The position numbers were made by a program, and so were the translations under genes. A stretch of 64,000 nucleotides of DNA from Mobula hypostoma (lineage: Eukaryota). Each line of letters opens with the position of its first letter. Positions within the stretch are counted from its first letter, which is position 1. The stretch lies in NCBI RefSeq assembly GCF_963921235.1, contig NC_086108.1, positions 1,426,001 to 1,490,000 of the forward strand, read 5' to 3'. The notes under the pieces are model-generated. The model searched no databases, was not told where the DNA came from, and saw only the letters and a list, made by a program, of their open reading frames with translations. Positions 39,411 to 51,439 of this stretch are shown one piece after another.

Positions 39411-41228
39411 ATACCATTCGCCTTTTTCAACGCCTGCTGTACCTGCATGCCCACTTTCAATGACTGGTGCATAATGACACCCAGGTCTCGTTGCACCTCC
39501 CCTTTTCCTAATCGGCCACCGTTCAGATAATAATCTGTTTTCCTATTTTTGCCACCAAAGTGGATAACTTCACATTTATCCACATTAAATTGCATCTGCC
39601 ATGAGTTTGCCCACTCACCCAACCTATCCAAGTCACCCTGCATCCTCTTAGCATCCTCCTCACTGCTAACACTGCCACCCAGCTTCGTGTCATCCGCAAA
39701 CTTGGAGATGCTGCATTTAATTCCCTCATCCAAGTCATTAATATATATTGTAAACAACTGGGGTCCCAGCACTGAGCCTTGCGGTACCCCACTAGTCACC
39801 GCCTGCCATTCTGAAAAGTTCCTGTTTATTCCCACTCTTTGCTTCCTGTCTGCTAACCAATTCTCCACCCACACCAATACCTTACCCCCAATACCGTGTG
39901 CTTTAAGTTTGCACACTAATCTCCTGTGTGGGACCTAGTCAAAAGCCTTTTGAAAATCCAAATATACCACATCCACTGGTTCTCCCCTATCCACTCTACT
40001 AGTTACATCCTCAAAAAATTCTATGAGATTCGTCAGACATGATTTTCCTTTCACAAATCCATGCTGACTTTGTCCGATCATTTCACCGCTTTCCAAATGT
40101 GCTGTTATCACATCCTTGATAACTGACTCCAGCAGTTTCCCCACCACCGACGTTAGGCTAACCGGTCTATAATTCCCCGGTTTCTCTCTCCCTCCTTTTT
40201 TAAAAAGTGGGGTTACATTAGCCACCCTCCAATCCTCAGGAACTAGTCCAGAATCTAACGAGTTTTGAAAAATTATCACTAATGCATCCACTATTTCTTG
40301 GGCTACTTCCTTAAGGACTCTGGGATGCAGACCATCTGGCCCTGGGGATTTATCTGCCTTTAATCCCTTCAATTTACCTAACACCACTTCCCTACTAACA
40401 TGTATTTCCCTCAGTTCCTCCATCTCACTGGACCCTCTCTCCCTTACTATTTCTGGAAGATTATTTATGTCCTCCTTAGTGAAGACAGAACCAAAGTAAT
40501 TATTCAATTGGTCTGCCATGTCCTTGCTCCCCATAATCAATTCACCTGTTTCTGTCTGCAGGGGACCTACATTTGTCTTTACCAGTCTTTTCCTTTTTAC
40601 ATATCTATAAAAGCTTTTACAGTCCGTTTTTATGTTCCCCGCCAGTTTTCTCTCATATTCTTTTTTCCCCTTCCTAATTAAGCCCTTTGTCCTCCTCTGC
40701 TGAACTCTGAATTTCTCCCAGTCCTCAGGTGAGCCACTTTCTCTGGCTAATTTGTATGCTACTTCTTTGGAATTGATACTATCCCTAATTTCTCTTGTCA
40801 GCCACGGGTGCACTACCTTCCTTGATTTATTCTTTTGCCAAACTGGGATGAACAATTGTTGTAGTTCATCCATGCAACTTTTAAATGCTTGCCATTGCAT
40901 ATCCACCGTCAATCCTTTAAGTGTCATTTGCCAGTCTATCTTAGCTAATTCACGTCTCATACCTTCAAAGTTACCCCCCTTTAAGTTCAGAACCTTTGTT
41001 TCTGAATTAACTATCTCACTCTCCATATTAATGAAGAATTCCACCATATTATGGTCACTCTTACCCAAGGGGCCTCTCACGACAAGATCGCTAATTAACC
41101 CTTCCTCATTGCTCAGAACCCAGTCCAGAATAGCCTGCTCTCTAGTCGGTTCCTCGACATGTTGGTTCAAAAAACCATCCCGCATACATTCCAAGAAATC
41201 CTCTTCCTCAGCACCTTTACCAATTTGG
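39411..41228 (-). mobile_element. CR1 family A ORF2 segment lacking both ends
   Basis: Runs from the APE C-terminus (LGKSDH) through RT to QQALKKANG, with an in-frame stop at ~39936. Confidence 0.95.
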
Positions 41229-42010
41229 CAAAAATAGGAAAACAGATTATTATCTGAATGGTGGCCGATTAGGAAAAGGGGAGGTGCAACGAAACCTGGG
41301 TGTCATTATACCCCAGTCATTGAAAGTGGGCATGCAGGTACAGCAGGCGGTGAAAAAGGCGAATGGTATGCTGGCATTTATAGCGAGAGGATTCGAGTAC
41401 AGGAGCAGGGAGGTACTACTGCAGTTGTACAAGGCCTTGGTGAGACCACACCTGGAGTATTGTGTGCAGTTTTGGTCCCCTAATCTGAGGAAAGACATCC
41501 TTGCCACAGAGGGAGTACAAAGAAGATTCACCAGATTGATTCCTGGGATGGCAGGACTTTCATATGAAGAAAGACTGGATGAACTGGGCTTGTACTCATT
41601 GGAATTTAGAAGATTGAGGGGGGATCTGATTGAAACGTATAAGATCCTAAAGGGATTGGACAGGCTAGATGCAGGAAGATTGTTCCCGATGTTGGGGAAG
41701 TCCAGAACGAGGGGTCACAGTTTGAGGATAGAGGGGAAGCCTTTTAGGACAGAGATTAGGAAAAACTTCTTCACACAGAGAGTGGTGAATCTGTGGAATT
41801 CTCTGCCATGGGAAACTGTTGAGGCCAGTTCATTGGCTATGTTTAAGAGGGAGTTAGATATGGCCCTTGTGGCTACAGGGGTCAGGGGGTATGGAGGGAA
41901 AGCTGGGGCGGGGTTCTGAGTTGGATGATCAGCCATGATCATAATAAATGGCGGTGCAGGCTCGAAGGGCCGAATGGCCTACTCCTGCACCTATTTTCTA
42001 TGTTTCTATG
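41226..42010 (+). mobile_element. CR1 family A short (~785 bp) 3' copy
   Basis: Begins TGGCAAAAATAGGAAAAC (GKNRKTD) and ends with TTTCTATGTTTCTATG. Confidence 0.95.
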
Positions 42011-42425
42011 AATGCAAGATATTGGTAAGACTCCAAATGGAGTATTGCATGCAGTATTGGACTCCTTGTCTAAGGAAGGACGTTTAATATGTTGGATGCT
42101 ATTCCAGCAGTTACTAGAATAGAGTGTGGAATGGTTTGGTTGTCTAGTGAGGAAATGTAGGAAAGGCTTGCTTGCATCCTTAGAGTCATCAAAGACTTTC
42201 TTGAAATGTCTGAGACCCTGATGGAACTTAATATAGTGGATGTGGAGAGGATGTTTCTCTTGTGGGGACCAGCTAGAGTCTGGAAGCCCTTAAGGAAGAA
42301 GAGTATTGCTATTTGTGCCAGTGATAAGAACTGTTTTCTCACAGTGGGCTGTGAGTGCTTGGAACTCTCATCCTTTGCAAAATCAGAGACTTTGGACATT
42401 TTTTAAGGTAGCTGGGTACTTGATA

Positions 42426-42973
42426 CAGTGCTGTGGGAAAGTCTTTTGCACATACAATATATAAGGGTGCCTGAGACTTTTACACAGTACTAATGATTTT
42501 ATATATTGCTCTGTACTGCTGCCGCAAAAAAGAAACAAATTTCATGAGAGATATGAGCAATGATAAACCTGATTCTGATATGAGCCTCTATTGTGGACTG
42601 AGAGTGGGAAGGGGGCAGGGAGAGGGGAATCATGGTTGGGAGAATGGGAAGGGAGAGGAGGGGGAGTGGGAAGCACCAGAGAGACATTTTGTAATGATCG
42701 ATAAACCAATTGTTTGGAATTAAATGACTCTGCCTGGTGTTTCAGGGCTGGGTGTGTCTGCACCCTCACCACCCCTTCCCCCTGCCCTGGCACTCCCTCT
42801 CTGCCACCTGTCCCACGCCCTACCCACTGCCCTCCAGCTCCACCATTCCCAACATCCTTCGCACCCACCAGATTTACAAATTCGCTCTCCGCTCCCCATT
42901 GACAAATACAGTACTGTGCAAAAGTCTTAGGCACCTTAGCTATATATGTGTGCCCAAGATTTTTGCACAGTAT
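42426..42973. mobile_element. Tc1/mariner-type composite MITE, copy 1
   Basis: ~65-bp palindromic ends CAGTACTGTGCAAAAGTCTTAGGCAC...TTTTGCACAGTA; co-linear with 60989-61540. Confidence 0.75.
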
Positions 42974-43088
42974 GATACGTAAGGACATGGAAGTTACTGT
43001 GCTAGAACAAAATGCAAAAGAGAGGTTAGATCATAAAACACAGCACAGGCTTTCAGGCCTGCAATGTTGTGGCGACCTTTTAATCAAG

Positions 43089-45286
43089 ATAGAAACATAG
43101 AAACATAGAAACATAGCTGCAGGAGTAGGCCATTCGGCCCTTTGAGCCTGCACCGCCATTTATTATGATCATGGCTGATCATCCAACTCAGAACCCCGCC
43201 CCAGCCTTCCCTCCATACCCCCTGATCCCTTTAGCCAATGAACTGGCCTCAACTGTTTCCTGTGGCAGAGAATTCCACAGATTCACCACTTTCTGTGTGA
43301 AGAAGTTTTTCCTCATCTCGGTCCTAAAAGGCTTCCTCTTTATCCTCAAACTGTGACCCCTCATTCTGGACGTCCCCAACATCGGGAACAATCTTCCTGC
43401 ATCTAGCCTGTCCAATCCCTTTAGGATCTTATACGTTTCAATCAGATCCCCCCTCAATCTTCTAAATTCCAATGAGTATAAGCCTAGTTCATCCAGTCTT
43501 TCATCATATGAAAGTCCTGCCATCCCAAGAATCAATCTGGTGAACCTTCTTTGTACTCCCTCTATGGCAAGGATGTCTTTCCTCAGATTAGGGGACCAAA
43601 ACTGCACACAATACTCCAGGTGTGGTCTCACCAAGGCCTTGTACAACTGCAGTAGTACCTCCCTGCTCCTGTACTCGAATCCTCTCGCTATAAATGCCAG
43701 CATACCATTCGCCTTTTTCACCGCCTGCTGTACCTGCATGCCCACTTTCAATGACTGGGGTATAATGACACCCAGGTCTCGTTGCACCTCTCCTTTTCCT
43801 AATCGGCCACCATTCAGATAATAATCTGTTTTCCTATTTTTGCCACCAAAGTGGATAACTTCACATTTATCCACATTAAATTGCATCTGCCATGAACTTG
43901 CCCACTCACCCAACCTATCCAAGTCACTCTGCATCCTCTTAGCATCCTCCTCACAGCTAACACTGCCACCCAGCTTCGTGTCATCCACAAACTTGGAGAT
44001 GCTGCATTTAATTCCCTCATCCAAGTCATTAATATATATTGTAAACAACTGGGGTCCCAGCACTGAGCCTTGCGCTACCCAGCTAGTCACCGCCTGCCAT
44101 TCTGAAAACGTCCCGTTTATTCCCACTCTTTGCTTCCTGCCTGCTAACCAATTCTCCATCCACATCAATACCTTACCCCCAATACCGTGTGCTTTAAGTT
44201 TGCACACTAATCTCCTGTGTGGGACCTTGTCAAAAGCCTTTTGAAAATCCAAATATACAACATCCACTGGTTCTCCCCTATCCACTCTACTAGTTACATT
44301 CTCAAAAAATTCTATGAGATTCGTCAGACATGATTTTCCTTTCACAAATCCATGCTGACTTTGTCCGATGATTTCACTGCTTTCCAAATGTGCTGTTACC
44401 ACATCTTTGATAACTGACTCCAGCAGTTTCCCCACCACCGACGTTAGGCTAACCGGTTTATAATTCCCCGGTTTCTCTCTCCCTCCTTTTTTAAAAAGTG
44501 GGGTTACATTAACCACCCTCCAATCCTCAGGAGCTTGTCCAGAATCTAACGAGTTTTGAAAAATTATCACTAATGCATCCACTATTTCTTGGGCTACTTC
44601 CTTAAGCACTCTGGGATGCAGACCATCTGGCCCTGGGGATTTATCTGCCTTTAATCCCTTCAATTTACCTAACACCACTTCCCTACTAAGATGTATTTCG
44701 CTCAGTTCCTCCATCTCACTGGACCCTCTGTCCCCTACTATTTCTGGAAGATTATTTATGTCCTCCTTAGTGAAGACAGAACCAAAGTAATTATTCAATT
44801 GGTCTGCCATGTCCTTGCTCCCCATAATCAATTCACCTGTTTCTGTCTGTAGGGAACCTACATTTGTCTTTATCAGTCTTTTCCTTTTTACATATCTATT
44901 AAAGCTTTTACAGTCCGTTTTTATGTTCCCTGCCAGTTTCCTCTCATAATCTTTTTTCCCCTTCCTAATTAAGCCCTTTGTCCTCCTCTGCTGAACTCTA
45001 AATTTCTCCCAGTCCTCAGGTGAGCCACTTTCTCTGGCTAATTTGTATGTTTCTTCTTTGGAATTGATACTATCCCTAATTTCTCTTGTCAGCCACGGGT
45101 GCACTACCTTCCTTGATTTATTCTTTTGCCAAACTGGGATGAACAATTGTTGTAGTTCATCCATGCAACCTTTAAATGCTTGCCATTGCATATCCACCGT
45201 CAATCCTTTAAGTGTCATTTGCCAGTCTATCTTAGCTAATTCAGTTCTCATACCTTCAAAGTTACCCCTCTTTAAGTTCAGAACCT
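43089..45286 (-). mobile_element. CR1 family A, 5'-truncated, open RT ORF (687 aa)
   Basis: ORF 43188-45251 has full RT motifs (FVDD variant), small 3' deletions and a (CATAGAAA)n tail. Confidence 0.96.
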
Positions 45287-45354
45287 ATCTGAAGCTCAGT
45301 CTAACTCTTTAGCCCTCCATTTTTCTTTCATCCATGTGCCCATCTTGTGCCAAA

Positions 45355-45805
45355 GAAGGTGCAGGAGCCTCAGGACTCGCACCATCAGGTTCAGGAACAG
45401 TTACTACTCCTCGACCATCAGGATCTTCAACCAGAAGGGGTGACTTCACTCAACTTCACTCACCCCAGCATTGAAATGCTCCCACAATGACCTTCAAGGA
45501 CTCTTCATCCCATGTTCTTGATATTTTGTTGCTTATTTATTTATTATTATTATTTCTGCTTTTTGTATTTGGCATAGTTACCTGTCTTCTGCACTCCGGT
45601 TGAACGCCCCAATTGGCCGGCCTTCCATTGATTCTGTTACGGTTATTGTTCTATAGACTTATTGAGTATGCCCGCAGGAAAGTGTACCTCAGAGCTGTAT
45701 ACGGTAGTAGTTCCTGCGGCCTGTCAGGAAATGAATCTCAAGCTTGTATTATATATATATATGTACTTTGATAATAAAATGATTTTGAACTTTGAACTTG
45801 AACTA
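45355..45805 (+). mobile_element. Rex/Babar-like LINE 3' end
   Basis: RCRSLRTRTIRFRNSYYSSTIR-like RT end, 3'UTR with AATAAA and a (TTGAAC)n tail. Confidence 0.6.
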
Positions 45806-46679
45806 TATAGGAGACTCTTAAATCTCCCTAATGTATCTGCCTCCACCAACATCCCTAGTGGCATGTTCCATGCACCCACTACTCTCTGTGTAAAAACCTC
45901 ACCTATGACATCTCCCATATGCTTTCCTGCAATAATCTTAAAATGATACACCCTGCTATTATCGATAATGAATATGCTTGCGATTCTGATGAGCTTACTG
46001 TGCACAGTTTACTTAACTGTATCGACTATATATTGGCAGGAGAACCCCTGTGAGTAAGTCAAGACCTTTCACCACAACTAGTTTGGGAGTTATCTTAGTG
46101 GAGATGAGACATTGGCAGAGGTGATCAAGACCTCCCAGGGGCCCAGCCTGAGTCACAACTAACCACAGACTACAGAAAAAGTGAGAGATAATCTTACACC
46201 CATCCTTCCCCCCAACCCTCTTGGTGGTTTGAGCATCAGAGTTTAAAATAAGAAAACCCACAAAGCCGTGTTTACCACGTAACAAAGACAGTCACATCAA
46301 TACCTCCCATTGACGTAGCTGGCTGGGTATGAGATAGTGGGGTCGACACCGACTGGGTGTCACAATATGTTCCTTACTGTTACACCAGGCACCTGATGGG
46401 GAAATTAAGCCAGACAGGACAAGAGCAAGGTTTCCGCTGCCTTGATTATCTGCATGTTTACTTTCTGTGACTTGCTACAGATGTACTGTGGAGAGCATTT
46501 TAACTGGTTGTATGGGAGGGGAGGGAGGCACTGCACAGGATCGGAAAAAGCTGCAGAGAGTTGTAAACTCAATCAGCTCCATCATGGGCACCAGCCTCCC
46601 CAGCACCCAGGACTCTTTCATAAAGCAATGCTTCAAAACGGCAGTGCAGTATATGTAAGATTTCAATATTTAGAGAATG

Positions 46680-48010
46680 TGTGCTGAGGCTGGATAAACT
46701 TGGGTTGTTTTCTCTGGAGTGTCGGAAGCTGAGAGGACATCTGATAGAGTTTACAAGATTATTATAGAGTGGACAGAGAGTATCTATTTCTCAGGGGAGA
46801 AATGTCTAACACCAGAGGGCATGTATTGAGGGTGGGAGGGGGGAGGTTCTGACTACATACATCTATTGATGCTTCCGGACACATCTTCAGTGATGTTCCT
46901 GGAATCATCGGGTGTTTCGGGTCTTTCAACATCATACAACCTCCTCCAGGTGACCCAGCCGGGGCTGATCAGACCCCAGCTTGTGTCCAGATGGCTAGCT
47001 ACTTATGACTCCATGGCTCCCCTCTTTTGAGCCACAGCCATCTTGAGGCCCTCTCTGCCGCATCGGTGGTACTGCGGATGGCTCTCCTCTTCCTCTCTCC
47101 CTCGATGACCAAAATGCTGAAGGCTCTAACTAAAGAACGGGCTACGAATCCCCTACAACCAACCTCCACTGGGAGACACCTCGCTCTCCATCCAGCCTGC
47201 TGACAGTTGCTGACCAGTCCTGCATACTTGGAGAGCTTCCTTTCAAAGGCCTCCTCCAAGCTATCTTCCCATGGGACTGTCAGCTCCAGCAGCACCACTT
47301 GCTTAGTAGACTCAGACACTAGGACAATGTCTGGTCGCAGGGTGGTGGCTGCGATATGGTTGGGGAACTTCAGCTGCTCTTTGAGGTCCACCAACAGCTG
47401 CCAGTCCCTTGCAGAGGTCAGAATGCCTGCAGATGTTCTTTTGGCAGGTATTGGCTGCTCCCCAGCTCTGACAAAGGCAATGGTCTGCTCGGAGGGTCGG
47501 GACCGCTTCGCCCACTCAACTCCTGCGCTGACGGCTTCAGCGATGGTCTTCAGGACCTGATCATGCCTCCACCTGTACCGTCCCTCACCAAGTGCCCTTG
47601 CACAGCCGCTGAGGATGAGCTCCAGGGTTCCTCGCTTGGAGCACAGTGGGCACGCAGATGACTCTGTCTTGCCCCATGTGAGCAGGTTTGATGGGCTTGG
47701 AAGCACATCGTACACGGCCTGGATGATAAATTGTGTCAAGGGGGATGTGAGGGGTACGTTTTTTTACTCAGAGAGTGGTGGATGCCCGGAATGCACTGCC
47801 TGGTCTGGTGGTAGAGGCAAATATATTCGAGGCTTTTAAGAGGCGTTTGGATAGGAACATGGATGTGAGGAAGATGGAGGGATATGGACATGGTGTAGGG
47901 AGGGAGGGATTGGTGTTTGGGTGTTTTTGATTTGCTTTTTAGCTGGTTCAGTACAACATTGTGGGCCGAATGGCCTGTTCGTGAGCTGCACTCTTCTATG
48001 TTCTGTGTTC
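46680..48010 (+). mobile_element. Old CR1 3' fragment split by a HERO-like element
   Basis: CR1 text stops at ~46850 (GGAGGTTC) and resumes at ~47737 (TCAAGGGGGATGTGAGGGG...ACTCAGAGAGTGG), ending in a TTCTATGTTCTGTG tail. Confidence 0.75.
46851..47736 (-). mobile_element. R2/HERO-like non-LTR retrotransposon 3' end (restriction-like endonuclease)
   Basis: ORF 46999-47739 has a CPLC..TLELILSGC zinc knuckle (H lost), YRWRHDQVL, RPDIVL...LLELTVPWE and RKLSKY, the PD-(D/E)xK RLE signature. Confidence 0.88.
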
Positions 48011-48427
48011 TAGTATTTGAGTAATATTGTAAGTACATTGTTTGAGTAAGGATTCTTGTTCATTTCAATAATTTAAATAAATACGTCATCATGATATGTG
48101 TGCACCTTGCTAAAAGTAAACTTGAAGTTAGACCTGTATTCCAGGACTCCCGTGTCTTCCTTCGAATTAGTTTAATGTTTTCAATGCAGTAGGTGGTGTA
48201 CCCCATTAAGGACCCCCATCATCCAGGACATACCCTCTTCCCATTGCTACCATCAGGGAGGAGGTACATACTCAATGTTATAGGAACAGCTTCTTCCCCT
48301 CCAACACCTGGTTAAAGAAATTCCTCCTCATCTCTGTTCTAAAGGGACATCATTATATTCTGAGTTTGTGCCCTCTGGATCTAAAGTACCCCACTATTGG
48401 AAATATCCTCCTCTGTCCACTCTACCT

Positions 48428-49550
48428 ACAGTCAGTAGCCACTTCATTAGAATTAGACTCAAAACCAGAATCAGGCTTAATATCACTGGTACATGTTGTG
48501 AAACGTCTTGTCTTTGCTGCAGCTGTGCATTACGTTACATATTAATAAAAATGGTGGATTTCAGTAAGTGTACATTACACAAATAAGCAGTGCAAAAAGC
48601 CAGGAAAGTAATGAGTGAGGGACTCATCGTGTGTTCAATGTCAATTCAGAAAGTTGATGGTGCAGGGGAAGAAGCTGTTCCTGGATCATTGAGTGTGTGC
48701 CTTCAGACTCCTGTACCTCCTTCCTGATGGTAGAAATCAGAAGAGGGCATGACCTGTGTGATACGACCAGTTAGAACGCTCTCCACGGTACATCTGTACA
48801 AATTTGTGAGTGACTTTAGTTACATGCTAATTCTCCTCAAACGTCTAATGAAGGTTAACCATTGTCATAGCTTCTTTTTAATTGCGACATATGTTGGGCC
48901 CAGGATAGATCCCCAGAGATGTTGACTTCTAAGAACTTGAAACTGCTCACCCTTTCCACTTCTAATTCAACGACTTCCCCTTTCTGAAGCCTACAATCAA
49001 TTATTTGGTCTTACTGACATTGAGTGCAAGGTTGTCATTGCAACACCACTCAACCAGCTGATCAGTCTCATTCCTGTATGCCTCCTCATCACCATCTGAA
49101 ATTCTGCCAAAGATACTTGTGTCATCGGCAAATTGTGTTAGTAGATCCTGCATCTAATAAATTGGCACGGACTGTATGTTCGCGGTTGTCCACTGCTGTA
49201 GTCCGTCCACTTCAAGGTTTGATGTATTATGCATTCAGAGATGCTCTTCAGCACATTGTGTTGTAACACGTGGTTATTTCAGTGCTTGAACCGGTCTGGC
49301 CATTCTCTTCCGATCACCCTGATTAACAGGTTATTTTCACTCACAGAACTACTGCTCGCTGGATGTTTTTTTGTTTTTCACACCACTCCCTGAAAACTCT
49401 AGAGATTGTTGTACATGAGAATCCCAGGAGACAGCAGTTCCTGAGTTACTTAGGTCACCCTTTCTGGCACCAACATGCAGTCCATGGTTGAAGTCACTGG
49501 GACCAGGAACAGGTGTACAGATGTACCTAGTAGAATGACCACAGAATATT
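48428..49550 (-). mobile_element. Tc1 family 1 relic interrupted by a Rex-like LINE fragment (~48455-49130)
   Basis: Degenerate TIRs TACAGTCAGTAGCCACTTCATTAG and GTACCTAGTAGAATGACCACAG; the internal part matches 25200-25600. Confidence 0.6.
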
Positions 49551-49802
49551 CTTTAGGTTTTAGTGATATTCTCCCTCATTCTTCTAACCACCTACATTTC
49601 CCGACCTTTAGGTAACCATCTCTAATATCCCTTCTCGTGAATAAATGTTGTGTTTGTTACAGTCTGTGACTCTTTTTCAGCAATACTGCCACTCTATGAT
49701 TTCTGCTATGAGGGAGAGTTTGGACATGACTAGCATTTTGGCAACATTATTATTAAACCTCTCCAGTTCTACTTCCATCTATAACCACAATGCAACTTTA
49801 TT

Positions 49803-50818
49803 ATAAGACTATAAAACTATAAGATAGAGGAGCAGAATTGGGCCATTTGGCCCATCAAATCTGCTCCACCATTTCATCATGAGCTGATCCATTTTCCCTC
49901 TCAGCCTCAATCTCCTACTTTTTCCTCGTATCCTTTCATGCCCTGACTGATCAAGAATCTATCAACCTCTGTCTTAAATATACCCAATGACTTGGCTTCC
50001 ACAGCTGCTTAGGTACAAATTCCACAGATTCACCACTTTCTGGTTAAAGAAATTCCTCCTCCTTCCGTTCTAAAAGGACGCCTTCCTGTTCTGAGGCTGT
50101 GTCCTCTGGTCTTAGACACTCCCATCATAGGAAACATCCTGTCCACATCCATTCTATTGAGGCCTTTCAACATTCGATAGGTTTTAATGAGGTCACCCCT
50201 CATTCTTCTAAATTCCAGTGAGTAGAGGCCCAGAGCCATCAAAAGCTCCTCATATGACAGACAAGTCTTTCAACCCTGGAACCATTTTCGCGAACCTCCT
50301 TTGAACCCTCTCCAATGTCAGCACATCCTTTCTTAGATAAGTGCCTAAGCCTGCTCACAATACTCCAAGTGAGGCCTCACCAGTACTTTATAAAGTCTCA
50401 ACACTACATCCTTGCTGTTGTATTCTAGTCCTCTTGAAATGAATGTGAACATTGCATTTGCTTTCTTCACCACGGACTCAACCTGCAAATTAACCTTCAG
50501 GAATTCCTGTACAAGGACTCCCAAGCCCCTTTTCACCTCAGATTTTTGAATTTTTTCTTCATTTAGAAAATATTCAGCACTTTTATTTCTTCTTCTGAAG
50601 TGAATGACCATAAGCTCCCCAACACAGTATTCCATCTGCCTCTTGTTTGCTCATTCTTTGAATCTGTCTAAGTCCTTCTGTGGTCTGTCTGCTTTCGCGA
50701 GTCTACCTTCCCCTCCTCCTATCTTCATATCATCCACAAACCTGGGCACAAAGCCATCAACTCTGTCATCCAGATCATTGACATATCACGTAAAAGGAAG
50801 CGGTCCCAACACAGACTC
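49803..50818 (-). mobile_element. Older CR1 3' fragment
   Basis: LVRPHLEYC and GLYSLEFRRMRGDLI; (ATAAGACT)n tail. Confidence 0.85.
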
Positions 50819-51067
50819 AAGATTCAAGATTCAAAGTGCATTTATTATCAAAGAATGTATAAATGATACAACCTTGAGATTTGTCTGCTTACAGGCAGCC
50901 ACAAAGCAAGTAGCCTGAAAGAACCCAATTAAAACAGTGCAGAGAAGGTAAAAAAACAAATCATTCAAACAGTAGAAGCAAGCAACAGCACTCTGAATCA
51001 AACGGAGTCCATAAACCAGTACCCTGGGGCAGCGACAAAGCCTCGGTCTCGGTTCATCGCAAAGCTC

Positions 51068-51298
51068 AGCAGCCGGGCCAGCCGGGTCAGCCGGGCCAGC
51101 CGGGTCAGCCGGGCCAGCCGGGCCAGCCGGGCCAGCCGGGCCAGCCGGGTCAGCCGGGCCAGCCGGGCCAGCCGGGCCAGCCGGGTCAGCCGGGCCAGCC
51201 GGGCCAGCCGGGCCAGCCGGGTCAGCCGGGCCAGCCGGGCCAGCCGGGTCAGCCGGGCCAGCCGGGCCAGCCGGGCCAGCCGGGTCAGCCGGGCCAGT
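51068..51298. repeat. GC-rich 9-bp minisatellite (CAGCCGGGC/CAGCCGGGT)n, ~25 units
   Basis: Seen directly. It lies inside an interspersed repeat with a (TTCAAGA)n tail at ~50817. Confidence 0.97.
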
Positions 51299-51439
51299 CT
51301 CACAGCCTCAGTGCTACAGAGGGAGAGATGGAAGTTGCAGGAGAGAATGTTCTCAATATTGTTTTTACTTGCACAGTTTGTCTCCTTTTACACACTGTTT
51401 GTCAGTCTTCATTTATGTATCATTCTGTGTAAAGTCTTT

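Noticed and set aside
46895..46945. Hammerhead in the HERO 3'UTR (TGATGTT...CGAAAC on the minus strand)
   Set aside because: There is no CUGANGA core and the pairing does not give a three-way junction.
50998..51303. (RLA/RLT)n ORF
   Set aside because: It is a translation of the 9-bp minisatellite.
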